From the NCBI RefSeq assembly GCF_009914755.1, contig NC_060947.1: 64,000 nt of DNA; one strand, 5' to 3'. Every line of letters begins with the position of its first letter. The first letter of the stretch is position 1. The stretch comes from the human T2T-CHM13v2.0 reference genome, Homo sapiens. The position numbers were made by a program, and so were the translations under genes. The notes below the pieces were generated by a model. The model ran no database searches and had not been told where the DNA came from. It worked only from the letters and a program-made list of their open reading frames with translations. Shown piece by piece: positions 12,401 to 25,596 of the stretch.

Positions 12401-14656
12401 AACAAATTGTACCAATCTTACTCAAACTATTCCAAAAAAATGGAGGAAGGCAGAATACTTTCAAACATATTCTACAAAGCCATTATTATCCTGATACTAA
12501 AATCATACAAAGACATATCAAAAAAAGAAAACTACAGTCCAATATCATTGAGGAATATTGATGTGAAAATAGCCAAATACTAGCAAACCAAATTTAACAA
12601 CATGTTAAAAAGGTCATTCATCATGACCAACTGGGATTTATCCCAGGGATGCGTGGATGGTTCAACATATGCAAATCAATAAATGTGGAACATCATATCC
12701 GCAGAATGAAGGACAAAATCAATATAATCATTTCAATTGATATTAAAAAGGCATTTGATACAATTCTATATCTTTTTATAATAGAAACCCTCAAAAACTG
12801 GCCATAGAAGGAGCGTATACCTCAATAAAGTGAAAGCCATATACAAAATAACCACAGCTACTATCATGCTAGATAGGGAAAATCATGTGAAAGCCTTTTC
12901 TCTAAGATCTGGAACACAACATGCATGCCCACTGTCACCACTGCTCTTTAACATTGTACTGGAAATCCTATCTAGAGCAATCAGACATGAGAAATAAATA
13001 AATGGCCTCCAAATTGGAATGGAGGGTGTCAAATTATCATTGTTTGCAAAGGATATAATCTTACATTTGGAGAAACCTAATGGCTCCACCAAAAACTGAT
13101 GAGAAGTGATAAATACATTCAGTAAAGTTGCAGGATAAAAATATCACCATACAAAAATTAGTAGAATTTCTATATGCCAACAGCAAACAACAAAAAAAGG
13201 AAATCAAGCAGGTAATGCCATTAGCAATCACTACAAAAAAATAAAATACCTAGGAATAAATTTAATCAAAAAAGTGAAAGATCTATACAATGAAGACTGT
13301 AACACATTGATGCCGGCAATTAAAAAGGACCCCAAAAATGAAAAGTTATTCCATATTCATGGATTGGAAGAATCAATATTGTTAAAATGTTCATACCAAC
13401 CAAAGCAATATACAGATTCAATGCAATCCCTATAAAAATATCAATGATAGTTTTCACAGGAAAAGAAAAAAAATCCTCAAATTTATATGGAAACACAAAA
13501 AACACAGAAGAACAAAAACTATCCTAAGCAAAAGAACAAAACTGAAGGAATCACATTACCTGACTTCAAATTATACTACAGAGTCATAGCAACCAAAACA
13601 ACATAGTAATTGCATAAAAACAGACATATAGACCAATGGAACAGAATAGAGAACCCAGAAGCAAATCCACACACCTATGGTGAACTCATTTTTGCCAAAG
13701 GTGCCAAGAACAAACACTGGGGAAAGACAGTCTCTTCAATAAATAGTGCTGGGAAAACTGGATATCCATAAGCCTGAGAAAAAACCTAGACCCCTATCTC
13801 TTGCCATATACAAAAATCAAATCAAAATGAATTAAAGACCTAAATCTAAGACTTCAAACTGTGAAACTACTAAAAGAAAACTTTGGAGAAACTCTCCAAG
13901 CCATCTGAATGGGCAAAGACTTCTTGAGCAATGTGTCACGGACACAGGCAACCAAAGGAAAAATGGACAAATGGGATCACCTCAAGTTAAAAAGCTTCTA
14001 CACAGCAAAAGATACAATCAGCAAAGCAAAGAGACAACACACAGAGTGGGAGAAAATATTTGCAAGCTGCCCATCTGACAAGGATTAATGACCAGAATAC
14101 ATAAGGAGCTCAAATAATTCTATAGAAAAAATTATGCTAATCCAATAAAAAAATAGTTAAAAGATCTGAAGAGACATTTCCTAAGAGAAGACATACAAAT
14201 GGCCAATAGACATATGAAAATGTCCTCAACATCACTGATCATCAGAGAAATATGAATCAAAACTACAATGAGATAATATATCATCCCAGTTAAAATAGCT
14301 TATATCCAAAAAAGAGGCAATCAAATGCTGGAGAGGATTTGGATACAAGAGAACCCTCATACATGTACTGTTGGTGGGAATGTAATCTAGTACAATCACT
14401 ATGGAAAAGTTGGAGTTTCATCAAAAAACTAAATATACAGGTACCATATGATCCAGCAATCCCACTGCTGGCTACATACCAAAAAGGAAGGAAATTAGTA
14501 TATCGAATACATCTCTGCACTCGCATGTTTATCGCAGCACTATCCACAACAGTTAAATGTAAATTTATATGCTATAATCTCAAAATACATTTGAAATGGA
14601 AAATAAAAAATAAAAGATTTAGAAGCAACCTAAATGTCTATCAACAAAAAAATGGA

Positions 14657-15071
14657 TGGCGTCGTTTGCATCTGTGTCTTCACCAAATCTCATGTCAAAT
14701 TGTAATTTGCAAGGTTGGAGGTGGGGCCTGGTGGGAGGTGATTGAATCGTGTTCAATTTTCTCATGAATGGTTTAGTGCCATCCCATTGGTACTGTCCTT
14801 GTCAAAGTGAGTGAGCTATCACAAAATCTGGTCATTTAAAAGTGTGTGGCACCTCCCCTCTCACCCTCTTGTTCCTGCTCCTGCCATGTAAGATGCCTGC
14901 TCCCCGTTCACTGTCTACCATGACTGGAAGCCTCTTGAGGTTTCTCCAAAAGCCAAAGCCACTAACCTTCCCATGCAGCCTACAGAATTGTGGACCTATT
15001 AAACCTCTTTTATTTATAAATTACCCAGTCTCAGGCATTTCTTAATAGCAATGTGAGAATGAACTAATACA
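14657..15071 (+). mobile_element. MSTA/MSTB solo LTR (MaLR)
   Basis: caaatctcatgtcaaattgtaat...ggggcctggtgggaggtgattg...ataaattacccagtctcagg...gaactaataca. 5-bp TSD atgga/atggg (14652-14656, 15072-15076). Confidence 0.92.
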
Positions 15072-15619
15072 ATGGGTAAAGGAAATGTGGTACATTTACA
15101 CAATGACGTACTATTCAGCCATTAAAAAAAAATGAGATTCTCTCATTTGCAATCACATGGATTGAACTTGGGGACATTAAGTGAAATAAGCCAGGCATGC
15201 AAAGACAAACATTGTATGTTCTCACTTATTTCTGGGAACGAAAAATCAAAACGATAAAATTCATGGAGTTAATGAGTAGAAAGATGTTTACCAGAGGCTG
15301 AGAAGAGTAGTTCAGGGGTTGGGGGGAAAGAGGAATAATTAATGTGTACAAAATATATTTTGAAATAATAAGTAAGATCTAGTATTTGCTAGCACAACAG
15401 GGTGACTACAGTAAAAAATAATTTAATTGTATACTTTAGAATAGGTAACAGAGTATAATTGGATTCTGTGAAATATAAAGGTTAAGTCCTTGAGGTGACA
15501 GATACCCTTTTCCCCTGATGTGATTGTTACACATTGCATGCCAGTATCAAAATATTTCATGTTACCCATAATATATACACCTACTATGTAATCACAAAAA
15601 TTAAAAATTAAACAATGAT

Positions 15620-15800
15620 AATAACAGTTACTGAGTGCTTACTATGAATGCCAGGCACCCCCTCAACATAACACTATGAGCTCAGAATTATTTTTCTTTT
15701 CTTATAGATGAGGAACCTGAGACTGTACTTCAGAGAGATTAAATAGTTTGCCAAGGTCATAAAGCAAGGAAGTGGCTGAGCCAAGGTTCAAAGGGAGTTC
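15620..15800 (-). mobile_element. MIR
   Basis: tactgagtgcttactatg...atagatgaggaacctgag...ttgccaaggtcat...agtggctgagccaaggttcaaa. Confidence 0.8.
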
Positions 15801-18299
15801 ATGCTCTCATGTGCCATACTGTACTGTTTCTTATGCATATCATATGAATACATGATAGAATATAACTATGTGCATTCGTAATAGCAAAAATGACATCAAA
15901 ACTAGAGTTGGTGTAACTGTGCCTGCATTCTAAGGAAACTGGCATATTTCACCTTGGAAAGGAAATATATTTCTATAATTATTTTTCCTGTTTGGGGAGA
16001 AAGAAATGGATGTTTTAAGCTTCCTCTCACTGGTTAGCTGCACCATAATGACTATTTTCATATGCAAAGTTGATTCTAAAGCTAAATAAAATGTGGAGAG
16101 TCAAATTGCTTAGCAAAATAAAAGTGAGAATTGTGTTTCTCAAGGACAGAAAGGATAGGAAAGACTGGTAAGGGAACATCTTACTGACGGAAATGACCAA
16201 GAGACCCCTCAGATGACTCGAATATTCTGTCAACCTACTGAGTTATTGTAAGAGTGACACTTTCAGGGGCTATGTTTCCAGGCCAGTTTGACCCTAAGCC
16301 AAATAAAGTCAATAGGGACAGCCTGATGAGTTAAATAATTTTTGGAGCTCTCTAGATGGATATGCAGCTCCTAGCTCATGTGAACAGAGTTTTAGACAGT
16401 TTTTACTTATATTTATAATCACAAATTTGATCCGTAAGTGCATCACTTAATGTAACCATATGCACGCACACACACACGCACACACAAACTGGCACAAAAT
16501 CCAACTGCATATATTATGGCTTGTCAGAGTTAGGCAAGGGATGAGGAAAAGAGGCTCAGAATATATTTGTTGTGTGTTAGATAGGCAGGATTTAAATCAA
16601 AATATTTCTTTAGTCTTTTTCATAGCTAACCTATTTGTGCAAGAACTATATGCTATTTTTATTATTTTCAGTGCCCATTCCAATGCTACTTAATCCAGAC
16701 TTACTTTAAATAGCTCTTGCTACAGAATCAATACATGACATTTAATTATTTTAGCAAATTTATTTTCCCTGGTACATAGTTTGCTACAAGTGGATAAAGA
16801 CGGGATTAGTTTTCCTTAAGGCTGGTTGGAATTTTCTCATACTGCTGGGTCAGGATGTGGAGAAAGGAAATGGTTAACGCCACTCCACCACAGGAAATAT
16901 GTTGCTAAAATGTTCTACAATTTTTGTTACTTTTAACATTTTTTGATGGTGATTTATTTCCCCCTTCACACGTTCAGATACCACATCTGGTTTGCAATTT
17001 ACATCTCAATAATTTTGATCAATTGCTTTGATCAATTTTCCATCTGTTATTGGCAACTTAGTCTAACCACACACAGAAAAATAATAGAGGTTATGGAGGG
17101 TTAATTATCAGCTTTCCCCAAAGTGCTACATTCTAGATTTTGTCATTGGCTTTATTTAACAAGCACTCTACTTCTTTGTTAGCTGTAGCAATATTAACTT
17201 GTGCTTTCTGGGTCAGGCTCCTCTAAACTCTGAGCTCTTGACCTGTATATCAGTTCTTTCTTTTCTTCCAGTCTTATCTGCAACCTTCTCAAGTTGATTT
17301 TTTTTTTTTTTTAAGGCACAAAAGAGGAAAAGCACAATCCAAAAATTGCTGGAAGTGACTACCTCTTAACTGCCTGTTTTCATTATCATGTTCACCTCGG
17401 TGCCCCTTTTGAACAGTAGTGTAGCTCCTTTAACACTAAATTCTTAATGACAATATTTGCTATGCATGCCCAGTGAATGTGGGCTTTATAAAATAAATCC
17501 TCTGCTCTGAGCTGTGCCTCAAAGGGCACCCTTCTGATATGTAAAAGAATTAACTTTTGAACTGATGTGGGAATGCTGTGCTTAGGCAAAACTTTTATAC
17601 TTAGCTCTTGATTATTTAAAAATGTTACAGAAATAAACCAGGCATTATTTTTTTGCACATAGATCAGTATTGCTTACAAAAAAGCACACACTCCATGTGA
17701 CTATAAATCAATCTTGGTCATTTTGTAAGTATCACCATTATAATTGAAAGCTAATCCATAATAATATTTTATACTTAGTGGTTTATTCTATAACTGGCCT
17801 TAGAAATGACATTTGGGGATAGTAAAGGTTTGGCTTTATTCATTCATTTCAATTTTGCCTTATTTCTGCAGTACCTTAGTACATATATTAAAAATATAAG
17901 TGAAATAAGCAAATACATAGAATGAATGAATTTGTCCAATTATCACACATCTTTTTTGTCTTTATTGCCCTTCTTCCTTTTCATGATTATTTTCTATAGG
18001 TGTCCCAGGATTTTGTAGTTACTACCTGCTCTCCCCAAACTTTCCTTCTGCTCTCATATATTTATCGTCACAGAGATGAAAGTGAGCTTAAAACTTATTC
18101 ATTCTAATTATTTGCATTCTTACTGAATAAAATACAGAACTAAAAAGATGAATGTAGTACAAAACTTTCAGCCTCCATCCAATAATTTGATGAAGGAGAC
18201 CCATGCCTGACATTTGTAGGCTGGGGTCAAGGGTAAAATTAAAAGCCTATAAACAATATATTTAAACATTTAGAAGTTGAAAAGCAAGCAAAATAGAAA

Positions 18300-18985
18300 G
18301 ATATAAAAGGCATAAAAGAACAAATACAAGAATGAACTCAGGCTTTTTGTCAGAAACTACAAAAGCCAGAAGGCAATGGCCCATTTTTTTTTCTGGATAA
18401 AGAAGTTTGAATTATTATTATTATTATTACTATACTTTAAGTTCTAGGGTACATGTGCACAACGTGCAGGTTTCTTACATATGTATACATGTGCCATGTT
18501 GGTGTGCTGCACCCATTAACTCGTCATTTACATTAGGTATTTCTCCTAGTGCTATCCCTCCCCCCTCCCCCCACCCCACGACAGGCCCCAGTGTGTAATG
18601 TTCCCCACCCTGTGTCCAAGTGTTCTCATTGTCCAATTCCCACCTATGAGTGAGAACATGCGGTGTTTGGTTTTCTGTCCTTGCAACAGTTTGCTCAGAA
18701 TGATGGTTTCCAGCTTCATCCACGTCCCTACAAAGGACATGAACTCATCCTTTTTTATTGCTGTATAGTATTCCATGGTGTACATGTGCCACATTTTCTT
18801 AATCCAGTCTATCATTGATGGACATTTGGGTTGGTTCCAAGTCTTTGCTGACAATAGCCCATCTTTAAAGAAATGAAAGAAAAACAATTATTAACCTAAA
18901 ATTTGGTATCCAGTGAAAATGTTTCCAAATATGAAACCAGATCTAAAACTCTTTCAGACAATAAAAATTAAGACAATTTATTCAC
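18300..18985 (+). mobile_element. Old L1M ORF1 C-terminal fragment, split by L1PA5
   Basis: tcagaaactacaaaagccagaaggcaatgg...atctttaaag...aacctaaaatttggtatccagtgaaaat...ctttcagaca. Confidence 0.7.
18385..18849 (-). mobile_element. 5'-truncated L1PA5-like element
   Basis: tatactttaagttctagggtacatgtgcacaacgtgcagg...ccccaccctgtgtccaagtgttctc...ttgctcagaatgatgg. TSD ggcaatggcccat/gacaatagcccat (18372-18384, 18850-18862). Confidence 0.95.
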
Positions 18986-18989
18986 CTGC

Positions 18990-19301
18990 AACCTCAGAAT
19001 GTCACCTTATTTCTAAGTAATATCTTCATAAATGTAATTAGTTAAGGATTTCAACCTGATAACATACTGGATTTAGGGTGGACCCTATATTCAATGACTG
19101 GTATTCTTATAAGAACAGAAGAGTACACAGAGAAACAAGGAGAAGACAATGTAAGATGGAGGCAGAGAATGAAGTGATGAATCTACAGGGCAAGAAATGA
19201 CATGATTACTGTCAATCACCAGAAACTCAGAGAGAGTAATGAGACAGTTTCTCCCCTCAGAGCCTCCAGAAAGAAGCATTTCTAGGGTCACCTTGATTTT
19301 G
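18990..19301 (+). mobile_element. MLT1B-like LTR, truncated
   Basis: acctcagaatgtcaccttatt...atttagggtggaccct...ctcccctcagagcctccagaaag...caccttgattttg. Confidence 0.85.
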
Positions 19302-20098
19302 TATCTCTCTGCAATTTGTCCATTTCACCTAAGTTATTCAATTTGTTTGCATACATTGCTGTTTATAGTATTCAAATACAATTCTTTTTATTTCTTTGAG
19401 GTTGGCAATAATGTCCCCTTTGGGATTTTTGTTTTTAGTAACTTGAGCCTACTCTTACTGTCTTTGTCAATATAGGAAAAACTCTTATCAATTTTATTAA
19501 TCTTTTCAAAGATCAAACTTTTGATTTTATTGATTTTTTTTACTGTTTTCCTATTCTTAATTTAATTATTTCTTCCCTTCTGCTTTATTTAGGCTTAGTT
19601 TACCATTTTTTCAGTGTTTTAATCTGGAAAGTTCGGTTGTTGATTTGAAATCTTTCTTCCTTTTTAACTAAGGGCATTTACAGATATACATTTCTCTATC
19701 AGAATTGCTTTCCCTGCATTCCATAAATTTTAGCATATTTTGTCTTCATTTTCATTCATCTCAAAGTGTTTTATAATAATTTCCCCTTTGTTTTTTAACA
19801 TTGTTTGTTTCATAGTATATTGTTTAATTCCATTAAACTCTGTGAATTTTCCAAATTTATTCTGTTATTAATTTGTAATTCTACTCCATTGCGAAGGGTG
19901 AATGTTCTTTGTACATTAATACTTTAACATTAATTGAAGCTTATTTTATGGTCTAACATATAGTCTATCTTAGAGAATGTTCCATATGCACTTAGGAAGA
20001 ATGTATATTCTGCAAGCTGCTGGATGAAGTGTTTATATGTCTATTAGAGCTAGTTGATTTATAATTTTGTTCAGATTTTCCATTTCTTTATTGATCTG
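19302..20098 (-). mobile_element. Old L1M ORF2 segment, inverted
   Basis: aatttgtccatttcacctaagtt...ttttcaaagatcaaacttttg...ttagagaatgttccatatgcacttaggaagaatgtatattctgc is the reverse of the 5' third of ORF2. Confidence 0.85.
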
Positions 20099-20104
20099 CT
20101 GCTG

Positions 20105-21220
20105 CTGGGACAAAGAACAGGAGAAAACCTCTCCAAGTCATTTTATAAGGCCAGCATCACTTTGACACCAAAACCACACAAAAATAACACAAGAAAAGAT
20201 ACCTATAATCTAATATGCCTCATGAAAAAGTCTAGAAATCTTTAACATAACTATAGCAAATTAAATTCAGCAATATTGGAAAAGGATACACATCATAGCC
20301 AAGTGAAACTTATCGCCCAAATTTAACATCAGTTAAACATTTGGAAATCATTTTGATTCATTATATCATGAACACATGATAGTTCTATATTACTGTCTCT
20401 GTCTCTCTCTTTTTCCCTGTCTGCTATAGACTAAACATTTTTTGTCCTCCCAAAATTTGTATGTTAAAAATGCAGTCTCTGAACTAAGAAGTAGGCTCAT
20501 ACTAGACGTAGAATCTTTTGGCATTTTGATCTTGGACTTCCAAGTCTCCAGAACTGTGATAAATATATTTCTGTTTCTTATAAGTCACCCAGGCTATGGT
20601 ATTCTGTTATAGCAGCCTAAATGAACCAAACATCAACCTATTTAAAAAATAATGTAACAATCTCAATAGATAAAGAAAAAGTAGTTGACAAAATTAAACA
20701 TCATTTCATGATAAAAACTCAACAATCTTATAGGGAACTTCCTATATTTGATGATAGGATTCCACAAAACACTTAATATCATACTTATTGGCAAAATAAT
20801 AAATGCTTTCCTGCTGAGAATGGATATGAGGCAGGGTTGTTCATGTGCACCATTATATTCAATACCTCCCTATACAATGATTAAAAAAAAATTTAAAGGA
20901 AGAAACAAAACTGTCTTTATAGTTAGACAATATTATCAAGTGTGTAGAAAATTAAATATTCAAAAGTTATTTAACCTATTAAGTTTAATAATTTCACAGG
21001 GAACAATGTCAATATTCATATTTTAATAGTACTTTTATATATTATTATGAACATTTAAAATTCAAATAAAAATATCATATAAATTGTATTAACATGAAAT
21101 ACCTAGAGAAATGGAACATTTGTGCAATATTTACATGCTGAAAACTAGAAAGAAAATATTGGTGAAAGAAATTTTTTTACAAGATGAAATTTCTCCATTG
21201 GTTCATGAAAGATTCATTTT
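20105..21220 (+). mobile_element. Old L1M ORF2 (RT region) fragments
   Basis: tcattttataaggccagcatcactttgacaccaaaacca...ctcaatagataaagaaaaagtagttgacaaaatt. ORF 20054..20245 contains SFYKASITLTPKP. Confidence 0.75.
20422..20632 (+). mobile_element. MLT1A/MSTD-like LTR with internal deletion
   Basis: tgctatagactaaa...ttgatcttggacttccaagtctccagaactgtga...gttatagcagcctaaatgaaccaaaca. Confidence 0.8.
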
Positions 21221-23567
21221 ACAGTATACAATTGCATAGGTACTACAAATAAATGAATAAATGAATAAATTTGGGGATTGAAAACCTCTTAGTGAAAGAA
21301 TTTTAATACAGAAGGGACAGATGAATGACTTGCAGATAAAAAAGCAATCCCAATCCCCTTCTAGCCATTTAAACTTGAATAAGTTTAGGAAACATTCTAT
21401 GAGAGGGTTTTAAAATGGGAGCTGATAATTACAGGTTATGTAAGTGAAAGTATGTTACTGAGGTTATCTACTCTATTTCACAGTTCTTGGTTAGAAAGTA
21501 GGAAAGTAAAGATAAAATCAAGTAAGGTTTGTCTTTTCAAATATGGACTAAGAACAATTCACACGTCTGTGTGTTTACACTCATAGTGGGTCATGGTGGG
21601 TAAGATAGTAGCAGAAATAAGAATGTTTGCTACAAGTTCATGAACAATAAAGATTCTGATGTTCTCTCTTTTAGGCTTATCCAATAAGCTATCACCAGTC
21701 AATCTATTTGGAAAAATCAAGTTGTGGACATTCTTCTGTAGAAATAATAGTAGGAATTAATAATATTTCCACCATAGATAGTTGTAGTCAAGTACTTACC
21801 CATGGTTAAATCACTATAACCAAGCAGAGAGTAGAGGAGTCAAAGGAGTCAAAGGAAATGAAAAAAAAAATTGAGGAAAGAACAAGAGCCTTTTGTAGGG
21901 AACACAGAATTTTGACTAGAGATGCACAAAACCAAAACCTGATTTAAAAATATACGTGAAGACTCCTTGTGAAGACAAAAGATACAAATGATTTTTCCCA
22001 AGAGGGCCATTTTCTGATTTTGATATCCTTATGTGGCTCTGGCCACAGAATATGGGGAATAGTTCTGAAATAAATACTAGATCTATTTTTTGTCTAAGAT
22101 ATCAGCAATCTTGAAAATCAAATATGAAGTGTATTGCTACCACAGTTAATGGAAAATATTGCTAATCTGGACAATCCACTTGGAAACCGTTTGAAACAGC
22201 ACATCTCTGTATTATACACAAACTTCTTGCCTTTGAAAAGGGATAATGGAAAAACTTATGGTAATAATCACTTTAATTGCTATGACCAAGGTTGTTCCAT
22301 AGAAACCAGAAGGAATTACACGTTTACACAAGTGTAATGGAAGAAACACTTCTCAGTAAGTGAATTTCTCTCTTTGTCACTCAAATCTAGGGAAATGCTC
22401 TGAGATTTGTCAACTACATGGCACGTTCAAGTTATAGAGAATGAAAATGTTCCTTTTCCCACATCCAGGGAATTTACTCACTGACAGTAATAACCGCTAC
22501 ATGCTGATAATACTAACCATTTCATTTAGGTTTCTATGTCCCTAAATAATCAGTATAAGCAGCATGTAGCATTACTTGTGCATGTCTAATACTTAACTAA
22601 GTAATTATCTCTCATATTTTTAGTTTGGGTGGGGACACTGACTCTACACTGATATTTTCTTTGAGGTTGGTATGTGGATTAAAGATTTGCAGATTTCCTC
22701 TCAATGTGTAACCAAAGTATGATACACTGAAGGAAAAAAGTAACTCGTTTGCCACCGCTAGAACTTGTATTACCACTGATAGATATAAGTTTTGATAGTT
22801 AAGTGTGATAACAGGAGCTACAAGAATGAGATTGAGTCTTGTTCTAGAATTTGAAAAAGCCTGTTAAGTTAAAAAAAAAAAGGGTTACTGGTTGAAAACT
22901 TTTTCTTATCTAATTATGGGAAAAGATTATATAATGTTTTCATTTAAAATGGAAAAAAATAGAATAGCAGATTCATCAGTATAATTTATTCCTAATGGGA
23001 GAACTCATAGAAAAATCTGTCTTCTCATCTTTGAGCCTAGAAAGACACCTTCTGAGAAATGATTGTGCTTTTCAAAGGACCACAAAAGTTCTATGGAGGT
23101 TTGAATGCCAATAGAGTTTCCTGATATTGGAACTTTCAGAATTTTAGGAAATTAATGGTTAGAAGTTGGAACAACCTTTAATTTTAAAGTTGTCAGCAGT
23201 TTTTGGACTTATCTTTGGATACTGTTCTTTGTTTTGAGGAAAAGGATTTAAAAATCATATTTTGTTTCCTTAAATAAAAAAATACAGAATTCAATCCTCA
23301 AATTGAAGGAATGAGTTCCACATTTCTGTCAACACCAGAGCAAAGTAATGGGTTCTTCCCCAAGATATGTAACGGGGAGTTAGATTTTGAGGCCAGAAGT
23401 TAGAGTTGAAGTGATTCTGAGACTGTAAGATTAGTAGGAATTCACAAAAATTTTTGGTAGAACACTAGGCTTTTCATTGAGATGTAGAAAAATGTTTGAG
23501 TAACCGTATCTAAAATCTAAAGGACAGTATGACATAAAGTGACAGCTCACAAAAAGCTTACTATGTG

Positions 23568-23572
<5 letters not shown>

Positions 23573-23605
<33 letters not shown>

Positions 23606-23624
23606 TGTGTGTGTGTGTGTGTGT
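23573..23624. repeat. Compound microsatellite (TC)15(GT)11
   Basis: Read directly from the sequence. Confidence 0.97.
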
Positions 23625-24001
23625 ATCTTCTTGAGGGTTATACATATAGAAATATAAGTTGAAAAATAATGCCTTATTGTCACAGACATATTGGAGATAC
23701 TATGCTATTGCTAAGCTCAGTAATTGTCTCAGTTCTTCGTACAAGCTTTCCCTTCCAGTCCATCCAACTAATGCTCCAACACCTGAACACATTAGAGGCA
23801 GTCATGGAGCTTTCAGAGTTAAATGCAAGCAGGTGTAACTGTGATGTTAAATTGGTGACTGTGAAAAGTCCGCTCTAATAATTCCATACGTATGAAATTG
23901 AGATTGTACATTTCATCAACAAAATGCACTTGAAGTCTCATGATCAATAATTTTTATAAGCAGATGTTTCATAACATATGGGGCTTCTGGTTTCCTTAGA
24001 G

Positions 24002-24174
24002 CAGTGGTTTTGAATATCAGCTGCATATTATAATTACCTGGGGAATTGAAAAAAATACTAGAGTCTCGCCTCATCCTCAGACAAATTAAATCAAGATCCC
24101 TCAAGAAGAGGTGTGGGGCTTATACTTAAGCTTCTCACTTGATTCCTATGTACAGTCATGGTGAAGGGCCACTA
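24002..24174. mobile_element. MER5-family hAT-Charlie MITE
   Basis: cagtggttttgaa...ctgcatattataattacctgggga...aattaaatcaag...gggccacta. Confidence 0.75.
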
Positions 24175-24354
24175 TCATAGAATACAAAGGAAGCCTCCTG
24201 TAGAAAAAGTAAAGTTGTTGCCATAGAAGTGATTAAGCATTCATCTGCTGATCTGATAAATGTTGTTATAATGGTGTACACTGATAATAGTTAATATTGT
24301 TGAGATATAACTATAACCAAGTTCTATCATACAAAGTTTGAATATATTATATCT

Positions 24355-24510
24355 TGAAATCCTCATATAAAGCTAACAGTTTGGGTTCTATCATGTTATT
24401 CTTTTTGCAAAAGAAACAACTAAGGTAAAGAGCATAAGTTACTGCTTGTCCAAAACTTCTTAACTAGTAATTAGGAGCTATAGAATTAGGATTCAGAATT
24501 CTCTAATTCT
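24355..24510 (-). mobile_element. MIR fragment
   Basis: aatcctcatataaagcta...aactaaggtaaagagcataag...cttgtccaaaac...aactagtaa...aggattcaga. Confidence 0.55.
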
Positions 24511-25596
24511 GCTAATCCCCAGAAGTGTACACTATACCTTCATGTCAGGTTTAACATTTATGTAACAGAGCAAATATATATTCAATGGGATTTAGTATAC
24601 CAGCAGCAATTATTTGAGATCATTTTTCTTTATGATTGTATACTGCAAGTCTTTTCAAGTCATTTAGAGGTTGACACAAAAAATACAACAAATTCAGGGT
24701 ATTATGTTACTGTGTATTGTATTACAGAGAAAAACAATTACATTGTAAGCTCACCAAATTTTAATTTAACAAAACTAAATGTTAACAAATATGTAATAAT
24801 TTACTTTCTTATAGTTGGGTTTATCTGCAAATACCCAGATAAACTTTGTTCACATGGAAGAATCTTTCATATCATTTAATACTATTTAGAATTTAAATAT
24901 ATTTTCCAAGACAGCTGATACCAATAGGAATATCACATTACTACTACCTTTACCTAAGAACAAAGCAATGGGCCAAAGAGAAGATGCAATATTATGTTAG
25001 ACATATACCAGAGACTTTTTTTGCTATCTAAAATTCATTGTTAGGGATCAAAGCCAGTTAGGAACAGATAATGTAGATTTTAACTTCTATGCCCTAACAC
25101 ATTTATTACACATTTTATAGGAATTTTTTTAAATAAAACTAAAAAGGAAATTCAATAGACATTTCACTAATTTTTAAACTATGTATAAATAGCAAAACTG
25201 GAAAACCCAATAACATTTGAAATTCTGGATCCTGATCTAAGAAACTGTTAATGCAACCAATACGTGTAGGGCAGTAATCTAAGCTCAAATGCTTTTATAA
25301 GCTAAATATGTAGTGCAAATATGGATTATGTATATGAATATAAATTGCAACTGACACTTAGTGTTATTGTTATGGCATTAATAGGGCTAGTGAGAACCCT
25401 GGGGAGGACATGCAGTTCCAGCAAATGCTTTATTTGTGAATGCAGCCAAATGTAATTTTGAGAAAAAAATTTGAAAGTTAACCTTTTTTCTAATTTTTTA
25501 AACATAATAACAGTGAATGTACATGTGGATGATAATGTGAACAAACACTATTTTGATCAAAATCACTCCCCTATTCTCCTAAATATATCTCTGCAT

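Larger units (their letters stand above)
2691..15612 (+). mobile_element. Near full-length L1MA1-3 (L1MA2-like), interrupted by L1PA14 (4577-9480) and an MST LTR (14657-15071)
   Basis: 5'UTR starts aagatggcagaatagaa...aggtgagcactcagagtacctgg. ORF1 remnant about 9481-10350, ORF2 remnant about 10960-15240 (ORF 12191..12583 LEEMDKFLDTYNLPRLN...GFPAEFYQTF). L1MA2-type 3' end agcacaacagggtgactacag...cacctactatgtaatcacaaaaattaaaaatt. Confidence 0.9.

Noticed and set aside
18210-18290. Possible hAT/MER DNA transposon end
   Set aside because: Faint resemblance only; too short and diverged to name.
24819-24844. Inverted GATA pair gtttatctg...cagataaac
   Set aside because: 9-bp arms are plausible by chance in 64 kb of AT-rich DNA.
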